Source of the DNA: an uncultured Planctomycetota bacterium
Lineage (GTDB): Bacteria; Planctomycetota; Planctomycetia; Isosphaerales; Isosphaeraceae
Length of the DNA: 64,000 nt
NCBI GenBank assembly: GCA_963823665.1
Contig: CAWGMQ010000010.1
Coordinates: forward strand, 1,664,001 to 1,728,000
Direction of reading: 5' to 3'
Within the stretch, counting starts at the first letter, position 1. Every line of letters starts with the position of its first letter. Position numbers and translations under genes: made by a program. Below are positions 29,942-42,200 of this stretch, one piece after another. The notes below the pieces were generated by a model. The model saw only the letters and a program-made list of their open reading frames with translations, searched no databases and was not told the DNA's origin.

Positions 29942-31042
29942 GTGTCCGGATCCGATTCCACGAAGTCGATTTCCGCCCCTGCCGTTCCGGGCCGGGACCG
30001 TCTTAGACGCCTCGGCCGTTTGGGTCTGCTGTTGATGGGCATTGCGATATCTGCCTTCGCGATGGCTTTTCTTTACGGCGCGATGGAGCCTAATTTCGAG
30101 GCGACCACGGTCGTGCTCGTGGATCGTAGCCACCCGGCCGACCTGGAAGATCTGGTAACGCGAACCCAAAGCGCGACGCATCGCCCCGGAACGTTCCGTA
30201 TCGAACCTCACCCGGCGGAGTTTTCGCTCCACGTTTGGGCCCGCGACCGCGATCCCGTCAAGGCGGTCGATCTGGCCGGCTCTGCGGCATCGGCTTACAA
30301 GCAAATGCTGGATACGCGCATCGGTTTTTTGGAGCAGCAGATCAACGGGCAGGCTCGCCGGCGCATCGCCTTGCTGGATGAGCTCGACAAGGAATTCGGC
30401 GACTACGTCGATTTGAAAGCCCTCGGCCGAAACCGAATTCTGGCGTGGTTCGAGCTGACGCTCAATGCACTGGAGGAGAGCGAGCATCAAACGGAAGCTT
30501 ATTTCGGGAAGATGGACGCGAATCAATTGAGAGAGTACCAATGGTTCTTTCAGATGACGCCTGACCTTGCGACGAGGGCCAAGATCAAAGCTCGATTCGA
30601 TCAACTCGATTCGCTTCAGAGGGAACTTTTTCTCAAGTTTGTTGCTCAGTGGCCGCTCAAAGAACTCGCTGGGATCAGAGACGCAATGCGCCGAGATTTT
30701 CGCGAGGACGTGTCCCTCGCGGAGGAGGCGTGCGAGGCACGCAAGGAGCTGGGAGCTCTCGCCGCAGTCGACCGTTCGCCCAGCGATGAGGGCAAGGTCA
30801 AGCTGCTTGCTTTGGTCGATTCCATCAGAGGGCGACTCGCGCAGGCTCGTTCGGAGATCAAGCCGGTGCCATCCTTCACAATGACCTTGCAGCCGGCGGT
30901 CATTCACGACCTCAGTCGAGCCCGGCGGATGACATGGGCGGCGGTCGCGGGAGTCGTGGTGTTTCTCGTTTGGATGGGACTCTCCCGCATTCTGATCATG
31001 CTTCAGAATATCCAGCGTGAAGCCGACCGTGTTTGGTCCTGA
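29942..31042 (+). CDS. Membrane protein with two terminal TM helices and a helical middle (Wzz/GumC-like topology)
   Basis: N-terminal TM followed by P.FEATTVVLV; coiled helical core; C-terminal TM WAAVAGVVVFLVWMGL. Confidence 0.5.
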   Translation: MSGSDSTKSISAPAVPGRDRLRRLGRLGLLLMGIAISAFAMAFLYGAMEPNFEATTVVLVDRSHPADLEDLVTRTQSATHRPGTFRIEPHPAEFSLHVWARDRDPVKAVDLAGSAASAYKQMLDTRIGFLEQQINGQARRRIALLDELDKEFGDYVDLKALGRNRILAWFELTLNALEESEHQTEAYFGKMDANQLREYQWFFQMTPDLATRAKIKARFDQLDSLQRELFLKFVAQWPLKELAGIRDAMRRDFREDVSLAEEACEARKELGALAAVDRSPSDEGKVKLLALVDSIRGRLAQARSEIKPVPSFTMTLQPAVIHDLSRARRMTWAAVAGVVVFLVWMGLSRILIMLQNIQREADRVWS

Positions 31043-31085
31043 TCGAATGCGATCGAGTTCCACCTCGCTAACCACCAATCGTCGC

Positions 31086-34000
31086 TCAGCGCCGCGTGTT
31101 GCCCTCGAGGCGCTGCACCAACTTGATTGCCTCCTGGGCCATCTGCGGGTTCGTGCGCTCGCCTTTCTCGGCGGCCTTCTTCAAGTGCGGCACCGCCTTT
31201 TGAGCACGCGCACGGTCGTTTGCAATCATCTTGCCGAAGTGGAAATTGAGCATCGGGTGCTCGGGTGACTTCCTGAGTCCATCCAGATACGATTGCTCGG
31301 CATTCGTCTTCTGCCCGATCGACTCCTGGATCGCTCCGAGGGTGTCGTAGAACTCACAGGGCAACGCCCCGGAGTTCACGCGCTTTTGCAGCGCCACCAC
31401 GATCTCGAGCGCTTCCCGCGACCTGCCCAAATACGAGTGCAGAATCCACGCCTTGTTATTCACTGCCTCGATCGAATTCGGTTGCGCCTTGAGCACCAGG
31501 TCGTATTGCTCGACGGCCTTGGTGAATGCGGCCTTGGCCTCAGGCGTTTCGGGCTGGCTCTCCGCAATCGAGAGCAGCAAGTCGCCCATGTTGATGTGAG
31601 CGGGCACCGTGTTGAGCTTGGTTGCAGCCGTTTCGGCAAACGGCAGCGCCGCCTGAAGCTGCTGGGCTTTGTGTAGACCAACCGCGACTGCCAGGCTCAT
31701 GCTTCCTGAGGAGTCGTCTTTTGTCAGCTCGGCTGCGACACGCATTGCCTCGGCGATCTCGCTGTGGCTGGCCTCGGCACCCTTCTTGGCGCTTCCTGCG
31801 AGGATCTCGATCAAGAGCGAGGCTGCCGGGGCGTCCTTCGGGCTGACCTTCAAAACGTCCTTGAGCACCGAAGCTGCGGCCGTTTTGTCCTTGCGCTTGA
31901 GATGAATCTCGGCGAGCGTGTGGTATGCGTCGGCGAATTCCGGATTGGCGGCCACCACGGTTTTAAGCTGAGCGATCGCGGCTTGCTGCAGCCTGGCGCG
32001 ATCGGCGTCGGTCGTGCCCGACTCGGCGAGTGCCTTCGCTTGAAGCAGCAACGCATCGAGTCGCTTCTTGTCGACGTCGAGCACCAGCGTGGCCTGCTTG
32101 AGTGCTTCATCGGGTTCACCCAGGCGGAGCTTCGCCTGCCCGAGCAGAACTCGCACGTCGAGCTGGCGAGAATTCCGCTCGAGCGACTCGGTATAGGCCT
32201 GCGCCATGTCGCGCGTGCGCCCGAGCATGGCGTACAGGCGTGCTCGCAGCAATGAGCCGGCCGGCGACGTCTTGGAGGTCTTGTCCATCTCGCGCGTCAG
32301 CTCGATCGCGCGGTTGAAATCGCCGTGGCGAGCGACCATGTCGCATTCGATTTGCACCAGGACGAGGCTCTTCGGGAAGCGGGCGCGATAGTCCTTGAGC
32401 ATCGCCGTTGCTTTATCGTTGAGCGACCGCTCCCGGTCTGTTTCACGCCGCGCGCCGGCATCGGCGGCCTGGAGCGAAATCGTCTGGATCAGCGAGGCCG
32501 CCAGGTTGATGTCGTCCGGTGACTCCTTGTTCAACTCGGACAGCATAGCCGCCGCCTTGTCGTAACGCCTCAGATCGCGATAGATGTTCACGAGCTCGGC
32601 CCGGTAGGGCCCCTTGGGGAATTCCTTGGCCTTGGCCTGAACGAATTCGATGGCCGCGTCGGGCTGTCCCAGAGCGCGAAGCGCGACGTGCTTGGACTGC
32701 ACAAGCTCGATGGCGTCGGGCAATCGAGCGAGCCCCTCGTCGATGACGCCAAGCGCTCGCTTGAGCCCGGTGGCCGGCGGCGGCTGCTCATTCTCGGCGG
32801 CTGCCAGCATCAGATAGAGAACGGGAGCCGGCCTGTCCTTCGCAGCGATAAGGGAAAGCGCCTTTCGGAGGATCGTTGCGGCCTTATCGGGCTGCTTTGC
32901 CTTGAGCAGGATATAGGAGCGGGTCACCACGGCCCAGGTGTGAGTGGGATTCACTTCCAGGACGTAATCAAGTTGAGAGAGAGCGGGCGCATCCTCGCCT
33001 TGCTGGCGATAAAGGTTGGCGCCGCGCACTCGCTCGTCGTCGCTGGGCGCGTTCTTGGTGTCGTTCAGGATGGCAGCAATTTCTCGTTTGGCGAGGGGCC
33101 ATTGGCCGCTCGCGACATAAGCGTTTATCAATTGCCAGCGGTCGTTCCGCGTGAGCGTGCCCTTCTGGTCGCCGCGCTTGAGCTCCTCGAACCGGCGGAT
33201 GGCGTCGTCGAAGTCCCCGGTGCGAAGCGCGAGATTTGCCAGAGCCGACTGGGCGGCGGCCAGGAGGGAGGTGCCCGGATCGAGCTCTTTGACCGGTTTG
33301 TCGCGGACGATGGCTTCCAGCGTTTTCTCCGCTTCGGCCACGGACCCGGTCTGGCCGTCGAGCTGAGCTTTCCAGTACTGAACGATCTTGTTGTTGGGGT
33401 CTTTCTTGAGCGCGGCATCGAAATGCTCGATGGCCAGCGCGGCGTGCCCGCGCTTCAGCTCGAGCTGGGCCGAGAGGACGTCGCTGGTCGCGGCTTCGGG
33501 CCAGCGGGCACGGATCTTGGCGATGACGGCCGCCGCCGCGTCCAGACGGCTGCGCTCGAGCTCAAGTCCGGCCCACTGGACGAGCGGTGCCGAGCTCTCG
33601 GTGCGATCGGCGATGCTCGAGAGCAGAGTGCGGGCCTCCTGGTCATTCTTGAGCGTATCAGCCTGGAGCTGCGCCCGCATCATGACAAGCGCCGGTTGAT
33701 CGGGCGAATCCTTGAGAAATTCGGCGAGAATGCGGTCCGCCAGGGAGGCATTGCCGTCCCTGGCCGCAAGTGCGGCTTCGAGGCCGGCAAGCTCAGCGCT
33801 CTTCGGGTACGTGGCGCGAGCGGCTTTCAGGCGTGTGCGGGCTTCGGGCTTCTTGCCTTGTTCCTCGAGGGTCATGACCGCGAGCTGCTCGGCGCTGGGG
33901 CTTCCATTACCCTGGCGTGCCATGGCGTCGATGCGGCCGATGGCCCGTTCAGACTCGCCGAGCTGTACGTCGATCTGAGCAAGACGGACCAGAACGGTGG

Positions 34001-35723
34001 CGCTCGATTCCGGGCCGGCAGCGAGCGATTTCTCGAATTCAGACGCGGCCTTGCGGAGGTTCTCCGGGGTGCGGCGGCTCTGGAGTACCTCGCCACTCAA
34101 GAGATGAATCGCGGCGCTCAGCTCGCGCGGCACCGCACCGCTTTTCAGCTTCTGGGCAAGCGAGCTGACGATCGGCTCGGCCTCTTCGGGATAACCGGCC
34201 TGGAGAACCGTCCAGGCCGCCCAGAGCTCGAGCTGCGCATCGAGGTTGCCGAGTCGGAGGGCGTTCTGCAGAAACTGGCGGCCGAGGTTCTGCTCCCCGG
34301 CGAGCACCAGGGCCACTCCGTACCGCGCCTGCACCACCCCGATTTCCGGCAACTGCGCGGCCGCAATCTTCAAATGGTTGAGTGCGCTCCTGCGCAGGGC
34401 GGTCTGGGATTTCTGTCCCGTGCCGGGCGCCGGCTTTGCACCCGGATTTGCGCGTCCCGCACCGGACTGGTCCAGCTCGATCGACCCGGCAAGAAAGTGC
34501 CCCCGGCCCTGGTAGATCGGGTCCGGGCACTCGAGCAGTGCCTTGACGTGCGGCGCAGCCTTGTCGAAACGCTGCTCGTCCGCCTCTGCTGAGATCGCGG
34601 CTTCGGCGGCGATCGTGTGCAGATTCATCACCAGGCGGGTCGAGTTCTGGCGTGATGCCTGCGGCGACGCGAGGGCGCGATCCACAACTTCCAGACATCG
34701 ATCGCGGCTTCGGCGAAACATCAGGTGGTCGGCGTAGCTGAGGAACGTTTGCAGGTCGGGTTCCTTCTCTCCCGAGAGGGCGAGCTTGAAGATGGCTTCG
34801 AGCTCGAGCTCGATGGCGTCCACCTGGCGGTCATACAGCGGTGTCGCGGCGGCCGAGACCCTGGACGCGCCCTCGATCAAACTGCGCTGAGAGAGCTCCA
34901 GAAAAGTGCGCAGCCGTGCAACCCGGGCCGGAGCCAGCCCGTGGGAAAGAGTCAACTGCTTGACCTGAGCCAGCATCGCCTCGACCTGTCCGCCGAGCTT
35001 GGCGGGCTCCGATTCGGTGCGGATCTGCAAAGTGATCAAGCGCAGCCAGGTAATGCACTCGATCGCCGCGGTGTCGGCCGCGAAGGACAAGGCAGCCGCT
35101 TGTGCGCAGGCGGCGTCGCGGGCCGGCGCGTCGCCGGTTGCGTCGGCAAGCTTCGCACGAATCCACAATCGGCGCACCAGGCTTGCTTTCCGGGCTTCGA
35201 GAACCTTGAGATGGCGGCGGGCCTCGGGGACGTCCGGAGTTCGGCCCTCAAGCGCCTCGACGGCCAGGACGAAGTGCGCGTCAGGGTCGTCAGGCTCGAG
35301 CTTCTGAACCTCCTTGGCCCAGTACAGCGATTCCGGCACAAGGTCCTCGTTCAGCGCGTCATCGAGCAGCTCATGCCGCGTGTGCCTGTCGGTCTTGTCG
35401 ATTCTGACCGCGCTCACGAGATGGTCCAGGCGTTCGGCTCGAAGAGACGCTTTCTTCGCCTCCGGAGCGCACCGTGACCACTCGCGATACATCGCTGCCA
35501 GCTCCCGATGGATCGCGGGGTTCTTGGCTTCGAGCTGAAGAGCTTTCTTGTAGTAGATCTCGGCATCCGGGAAGCGATTCGCAACGCGTGCCGCCTGCGC
35601 TCGTTTCAGCATCCCTTGAGAAGATTGCGGAACGAGTGTCACGGTGATGGCGACCACGCCGACGAGCGCCACGGCCACGAAAAGCCCGGACAGAACGAAC
35701 AGGGGTTTCCATCGAACAGTCAT
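31086..35723 (-). CDS. Large membrane-anchored tetratricopeptide-repeat protein (~1545 aa)
   Basis: MTVRWKPLFVLSGLFVAVALVGVV anchor; many TPRs; C-terminal AVNNKAWIL...YDTLG..I typical of PrsT-like TPR proteins. Confidence 0.85.
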   Translation of the reverse strand: MTVRWKPLFVLSGLFVAVALVGVVAITVTLVPQSSQGMLKRAQAARVANRFPDAEIYYKKALQLEAKNPAIHRELAAMYREWSRCAPEAKKASLRAERLDHLVSAVRIDKTDRHTRHELLDDALNEDLVPESLYWAKEVQKLEPDDPDAHFVLAVEALEGRTPDVPEARRHLKVLEARKASLVRRLWIRAKLADATGDAPARDAACAQAAALSFAADTAAIECITWLRLITLQIRTESEPAKLGGQVEAMLAQVKQLTLSHGLAPARVARLRTFLELSQRSLIEGASRVSAAATPLYDRQVDAIELELEAIFKLALSGEKEPDLQTFLSYADHLMFRRSRDRCLEVVDRALASPQASRQNSTRLVMNLHTIAAEAAISAEADEQRFDKAAPHVKALLECPDPIYQGRGHFLAGSIELDQSGAGRANPGAKPAPGTGQKSQTALRRSALNHLKIAAAQLPEIGVVQARYGVALVLAGEQNLGRQFLQNALRLGNLDAQLELWAAWTVLQAGYPEEAEPIVSSLAQKLKSGAVPRELSAAIHLLSGEVLQSRRTPENLRKAASEFEKSLAAGPESSATVLVRLAQIDVQLGESERAIGRIDAMARQGNGSPSAEQLAVMTLEEQGKKPEARTRLKAARATYPKSAELAGLEAALAARDGNASLADRILAEFLKDSPDQPALVMMRAQLQADTLKNDQEARTLLSSIADRTESSAPLVQWAGLELERSRLDAAAAVIAKIRARWPEAATSDVLSAQLELKRGHAALAIEHFDAALKKDPNNKIVQYWKAQLDGQTGSVAEAEKTLEAIVRDKPVKELDPGTSLLAAAQSALANLALRTGDFDDAIRRFEELKRGDQKGTLTRNDRWQLINAYVASGQWPLAKREIAAILNDTKNAPSDDERVRGANLYRQQGEDAPALSQLDYVLEVNPTHTWAVVTRSYILLKAKQPDKAATILRKALSLIAAKDRPAPVLYLMLAAAENEQPPPATGLKRALGVIDEGLARLPDAIELVQSKHVALRALGQPDAAIEFVQAKAKEFPKGPYRAELVNIYRDLRRYDKAAAMLSELNKESPDDINLAASLIQTISLQAADAGARRETDRERSLNDKATAMLKDYRARFPKSLVLVQIECDMVARHGDFNRAIELTREMDKTSKTSPAGSLLRARLYAMLGRTRDMAQAYTESLERNSRQLDVRVLLGQAKLRLGEPDEALKQATLVLDVDKKRLDALLLQAKALAESGTTDADRARLQQAAIAQLKTVVAANPEFADAYHTLAEIHLKRKDKTAAASVLKDVLKVSPKDAPAASLLIEILAGSAKKGAEASHSEIAEAMRVAAELTKDDSSGSMSLAVAVGLHKAQQLQAALPFAETAATKLNTVPAHINMGDLLLSIAESQPETPEAKAAFTKAVEQYDLVLKAQPNSIEAVNNKAWILHSYLGRSREALEIVVALQKRVNSGALPCEFYDTLGAIQESIGQKTNAEQSYLDGLRKSPEHPMLNFHFGKMIANDRARAQKAVPHLKKAAEKGERTNPQMAQEAIKLVQRLEGNTRR

Positions 35724-36200
35724 CAGGCGGTTCTCCTTTGGCTCGTGACACCGTAAGGCGCAAGGCGACAGCCCCGCGGCGCGGCCGGTCGCAAGAGTCG
35801 AGGCGCGGACCGCCGGCTCGCCGCGTTGCAAGTCGGTTCCAGAGCGTCGGTCGAATCCCAACGTCCCCAAATGCGAGAGCGTGCGCCTGCGTGCGCGAAG
35901 AGCTCGCAGTGGGACCAATTCGAATGGTTCCGGAATCAAAGGGGGCAAATCCATTCGCCCTGATGCCTTAAGAGGGGTTGCAGTCCATTGCCGTTCTATG
36001 CCGGAATCAGGCGTGGCACAGGATAGAGCTTCTTCGCAAAGACATCAAGCGAAGTTTTCCACGAAAACTCGCCAAGCCGCCGAGCGGCCCGGCCCGGGCA
36101 CAAGAACGCGACACACCACCGCGGCCGGCAATGCGAAAGACGGTTCAGGACATAGTCGGCATCTGAGGCGCGGGCCCGACACGAGCCCGCGTGCGGTCAT

Positions 36201-39200
36201 TCATTTCTTTTTGGCGTGCGCGGCGGGATGGGCCTTCGCGACCGCCAGGTGCTTCACGGTCTTGGTCGTGGTTGTCTTGTGGAACTTGGTGCTCGACCCA
36301 CCGCCGGGATGTGTCTTCTTCGTCACCACTTTCAGTTTCACCTTCGTCTTGGCCTTGGTTGCGGCCTTGACCACAGGCGGCGTTACCGTCACCGGAGTCG
36401 CCACGGTGGTGGTCACGACGACCGGTGTCGTGACGGTGGTCTTGGTCGCCACTTTGGCCGAGGCCGTGAGCGGGGTTCCATACGTGGCGTACGGCTTGAA
36501 GCTGATCGCGGGAATTGAGACTCCGCCTTGATAGGCGCCGATGTCGATCGACGTGGTCGGTCGGGTGCCTCCTCGCTGGTCGGTGGTGGGAACCGACACA
36601 CCGGTGATCGTCGTGCTCCCTGCGCCCATGGCCGGGCTGGTCGACGATAATGCAATCGTCTGGGTTGGGCCGCCGTTGTTGGCCAGGGTTCCCAGGCCGG
36701 CATTGATGTCGCTGATGATGAGGTTCGAGTTGGTGTTCGTGAGTCCGCCGGAGCCGGCGCTGCCGATCACGTTGAACGAGCTCGCCGGGGCGACGGTCCC
36801 GTCGATATTGTTGTAGATGGCACCGCTGCGCTCTGGCCCTGCGCCGTGTTCTGGGCGACGATCGTGTCATAGAGGCCCGTGGTGCCGCCGGAGGTTTCAA
36901 TTCCGCCGCCGGTACCAGTGGAGGAGACGGAGTTGAGGGCGATGGTTGAGCTGATCACCGTCAATGTGCCGAAATTCGCGATTCCGCCGCCGGAGAGCGA
37001 AGCCACGTTGCCGGCGATGGTGCTGTCGGAGAGAGTGAGTGTTCCGCCGTTGTAGATGGCACCGCCGGTCGTGCCCGAGTTGCCGGAGAGGGTGGAATCG
37101 GTGACCATCGCGGTGGCGCCGATTTCGTTCGAGAGTCCGCCCCCGTCCAGAGCCCCACTGCCGGTGACCGCGACGCCCGAGAGCGTCAATTTGCCGAAGT
37201 TGTCGATGGCGCCGCCGGAGCCGGGTTGCCCGAGCAGAATACTCTCGGCGGCGCCTCCGGTGAGCGCGACGCCCGAGATCGTGGCGGTGGTGCCGGATGC
37301 GATCTGGAACACTTGCGAGGCGTTGTTCGCCGAGATGGAGACCTGATTCGCCCCGGGACCCAGGATCGCAATTGGCGTCACGGAGTTCTGCAGCACGCAG
37401 CGCGCCGTTCGTCAGGGAGATCGGCTGCGTCGTCGCCAGGACAATGGTGTTGGCTGCAGGCGTCTTGATGTTGCCGGGGTTCGCGTTGGAGTTCGCATCG
37501 GCCCACTCGACCGCGGCGCGGAGCGTGCCGATGCTCGAGTCATCGGCGGAGGAGTAAACCTCGTAGGACGAGCTCGCTTCATAAGCACCGATGTCGATCG
37601 CCGTTCCCGCGTTCAAGCCGCCAGGTCCCCGCAATGCGCCGCGCTGGTCTGTCGCCGGTGCGGTGATCGTGCCGGAGGGAATCGCAAAGCTCGCAGCCCC
37701 CGCATCGATCGCCGGGCTGCCTGCCAGGAGCGCGACGGTCTCGGTCGGGCCGCCATTGTCGGCGAGTGTGCCGAGCAACGGCTTGGTCACGCCGACCAGG
37801 TTTCCAGAGACGCCATTGGTGAGTCCGGACGACTTGCCGCCGATCAGGTTATTGGAGCTGAGCGGACTGACGAGACCGGAAATGTCGCTCGTGGTGGCGG
37901 TTGCACCGGTACCGGTGGTGTTGTCGGCGACGATCGTGTTGTAGAGCAGGGTCGTGCCAGCCGATGCGTCGATGCCGCCGCCGGCGCCGCCAGGTGCAAC
38001 AGCGTTGTAGGCAATCGTCGAGCTGTATGCGGTCAAGCTGCCGACCTGATTGATTCCGCCACCGTTTTGACCGGCGAAGTTGTTGGCGATGGTGCTGTTG
38101 AGCAGGACGAGAGTTGAAACGAGATCGTTGGCAATCGCCCCGCCCTGGAAGGCAGTCGAGTTCGAGAACGTACTGCCGCTGATCGTGGCGTTTGAATCGT
38201 TGTAAAGGCTGCCGCCCTGGATCGCGTCGTTGCTATCGAAGGTACTGTCGTTGACAGTGAGAGTGCCGGCGTCCTTGTTGTCGATCGCGCCGCCCTCGAA
38301 TGCCTTGCCGCCGGTGAACGTGCTGTAATTCACCGTCAGGCTGCCGGAATTGTCGATCGCGCCGCCCAGCCCGTACGTTGCGGTATTTCCGGAGAACGTC
38401 GTGTTCGACACGCTCAGCTTGCCGCCCTGATTGTAGATGCCGCCGCCGTAGTAGAGGACGGTGTCGTTCGTGAACGCCGTGTTGGCGACGCTCAGTGTGC
38501 CCTGATTGAGGATACCGCCACCGTTCTGGCCGCCGCCGCCGGAGATCGTCAATCCGCTGAACGAGGCCGTCACGCCGGGCTGCACCGAGAAGAGTCCGAC
38601 GCCGCCATCTCCCTCGATCGTCACGAGCGCGGCGCCGGGGCCGACGAGGTTCACGGGGGCATTGGTATTGGTGAAACTGAGAGAGCCCAGCTCGTCGGCG
38701 ATGTTGATCGTCTGGGGCGTGTTGAAAACCGTGGGATCAAAGAGAATGGTGTTGGCGCCCGACGCGCTCACCGGGTTGCTATCAGCCCACGAGACGGCCG
38801 ATCGAAGCGTTCCGGCCAGGAGAGAGTCGCCGGTGTTGCTCACCAGGTAAGATGAGCTGATCTCGAAGGCGCCTGCGTCGATCGTGGCACCGTTATTGAT
38901 GTGGTCGGGGTTGCGCAGCGCCCTGCGCTGGTCGGTCGTGGGAACGTTGTAACCGGCAATCGTGGCGGCGCCGCCGCTTATGGCGGGGCTGCCCGTCAGG
39001 AGCGAGATCGTGAGCGTCGGCCCACCGTTGTCGGAGAGGCCCGAGGCCAGCAGGGCGGGAGAGCCGATCTGGTTGCCGTTTGCGCCGTTCGTCAAGCCGC
39101 CGTCCGAGGCGCTGTCGTCGATCACGTTGTATGCGCTGTTCGTGGAAACGGCGTTTTCGATGTCACTCGGGGTCGAGCCTCCGACGGTGTTCAGCGCCAG

Positions 39201-42200
39201 GATCGAGTTGAACAGCGTCGCCGTGCCCGAGTTCGCGTCGAGACCACCGCCGGAAGCGGTCGCGGTGTTGTAGGCGATGGTGTCATTGATGAGCGTCAGC
39301 GTACCGTCGTTCGTCACGCCGCCGCCTGAGGGTGCGCTGTTCTGGGCGATGGTGGTATTGGTGAGCGTGGCCGTGCCGTCGTTGGCGATCGCGCCGCCGG
39401 TCGTCGTGGCGGTGTTGGACGACAGCGTGCTGTCGAGGACCGAAAGCGTGCCGCCTGATTCGTTGGCGATCGCTCCGCCTGTTGCGGCGGTGTTGCCGGT
39501 GAGCGTGTCGTTGCTGATGGACAGCGTGCCGAAGTTATTGATCGCACCGCCGCTCGTGGCTGTTCCTCCGGTGATCGTTACGCCGGTGATCGAGGCGGTG
39601 ACGCCGGGGGCAATCGTCAACACGCCGGAGCCGTTGCCGCCGCTCAAGGTGAGCGAGCCCGTGTCCGGGCCGACGATTGCCGCGGGGACGGTCGTGTCGG
39701 TGAACGCGAGCGGGCCGCCCGTGAGTGTGATCGTTTGCGGTGTGGCGAAGAGGCCCGTCTGGTCGAAGACGATGGTGTTGGCAGCCGGGTTTGCGAGGTT
39801 GGCGGGATTGACGTTCGTGTTCACGTTCGCCCAGCCAACCGCGGTCGCGATCGTACCGACGTCGAGCGTGTCGGCCGTCGTCGAGACCAGGTATGACGAG
39901 CTTGCTTCGTAGGCCCCGATATCTGCGGCCGGTCCGGCGTTCAGCCCCCGCGGCCCGCGCAATGCGCCGCGCTGATCGACGATCGGGACGCTCACGCCAA
40001 CGATCGTCGAGGCGCCTGCGTCGATGGCGGGGCTGCCCGGCAACAGTGCGAGCGACTCGGTGATGCCGCCGCTGGGCTGTAGCGCAGTTGCCAGTCCGGG
40101 GTCGGCGACGCCGACCAGATTGCTGGTGATCCCGCCGGAGCTGAGCCCGCCGGAGCCTCCGGTGCCGATCAGGTTGTACTGACTGTTGGGAACCAGGCTG
40201 CCGCCGCCCACAACCGTTATGTCGCTTGCGTGGTTCGGCGCGCCGGCACCCATCGTATTCTGGGCCACGATCGTGTTGTACAGGCCGGCTTGACCGCCGG
40301 TCGAGAGGTACAGCCCGGCACCGCTGCCGGCCAGAGTGGAGAGGGAGTTGTAGGCGACGGTGACGTTGACCAGCGTGATCGGGCCTGAACTTGAGATACC
40401 GGCTCCAAGGTTGGCCGAGTTGAAGGCGATGGTGGTGTTGGTGAGCGTGACCGGGCTGCTCGAAAGCTGGGCGATGGCACCGCCGGTGGTGCCGGTGTTG
40501 GAGACGAGCGACGAGTTCGTGATCGAGGCGGTACCCTGGTTGTAGATGCCGCCACCGTAGGCAAGGGCCGCATTCGAGGTGAGCGTGCTTTCGGTGATCG
40601 AGAGACTCGATCCAGGCAGGTTGGCGATTGCCGCGCCGTTTGAGGCGATATTGGTCGTGAACGTATCGCCCGAGAGCACGAGCGTGTGGCTGTTCAGAAT
40701 CGCGCCGCCGAAGGTCTTGGCCGCGTTCTGTGAGAAGCTCGAATTCGCGACCGTGAGCGTGCCCGTAAGCTCGTTGGCGACGCCGCCGCCGAACGCCGCG
40801 GTATTGCCCGTGACCGAAAGATTCGAAAGGTTGAGCACCCCCGAATTGTCGATGGCACCGCCGTTGTTCGCGGCGAGGCCGCCGGTGACCGTGAGCCCGC
40901 TGATCGAGGCCGTTACCCCGGCCGCGACCGAGAACACGCCGCTTGCATTGCCGCCGCTGATCGTGAGCATGCCGGGGCCAGGGCCCAGGATCGACTTCGC
41001 CACACTGGTGCCGCCGTTATTCGCCAGTGTGAGCGTGCCGCCGGTCAAGTCGATCGTTCCGGTTGCGCTGAAATCCACCGTATTCGGTGCGGGACTGAAG
41101 TGATTTTCGGGGTTCACGTTCGTGCTGACATTGGCCCAGCCGATGCCCGTCCTGAGCGTGCCCGCGTTGAGGGTGTCGTCGGTCGACGAAACGATGTAGG
41201 ACGAGCTGGCCTCGTAGGCACCGATATCGGCGCGGGGCCCCGCGTTCAAGCCTGCGGGTCCGCGTACCGCGCCGCGCTGGTCGATGGTGGGCACTGTCAC
41301 GCCGGAGATCGAGTTCGCTGCTGCGTCGATCGCCGGGCTACCCGCCAGGAGGGCGATGGTCTGGGTGGGGCCGCCGTTGTTTGCAAGTCCCGCGGCGATG
41401 CCTGGTGCGACGCCGATCAAGTTGCCGGCGGAGCCGCTCAAGCCGCCGGAGAAAGCCGCGCTGGTCACGAGGTTGTTCGAGCTGGCCGAGGCCAGTGTGC
41501 CCGTGATGTCATTGGGCGTCTTGAGCGCGGCAGAGCCCGCCGTGTTGCCCGCGACCAGCGTGTTATAGAGTGTGGCCGTGCCGCCGGCGACATCGAACCC
41601 GCCGCCGGCCAGCGAAGCTTGATTGTAGGCGATCGTGGCATTCACGAAGGTGAGCGAGCCCTGGGTGTAGACCGCACCGCCGAAACTCGCCGTGTTGGAT
41701 GCAAACGTCGCGTTCGATGCCGTCAGTCCGCCTGCAACGAGCACGGCGCCGCCATTACCGGCCGAGTTCCCGGTGAAGGTGGCACCGTCGAGCGACGTAT
41801 TGGTCGCCGTGTACAGGGCACCGCCGGTGGTCGCCGTATTCGTGCTGAAGGTGCTGTCCACGATGTCCAGCGGCACGGCCGCAAAGCTGTAATAGACCGC
41901 GCCGCCGGATTTGGCGGCGGAGTTGCCCGTGAACGTGCTGTCCGAGATGGAGAGCACGCCCGAGGAGGAGACGGCACCGCCGGTTGCGGAAGTGCCGGTG
42001 GCTGAGTTGCCCGAGAAGGTCGATCCGAGGATGGTGAGGATACCTGCCGCGGTATTGCCGATCGCTCCCGCGGAACCGGTCGACGAATTGTTCGTAATCG
42101 CACTTCCCTGCACGGTCAGCGTGCCGACATTCTCGACGGCACCTCCCGTGGTGCTCGAATTTGTCGTCAGGTTTGAGCCGGCGATCGTTGCCGTGCCGCT

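Noticed and set aside
32688..34592. 634-aa plus-strand ORF and similar long ORFs (53938..55227, 29927..31078, 18761..20035, 22287..23651)
   Set aside because: Antisense shadows of well-supported genes in GC-rich DNA; no motifs
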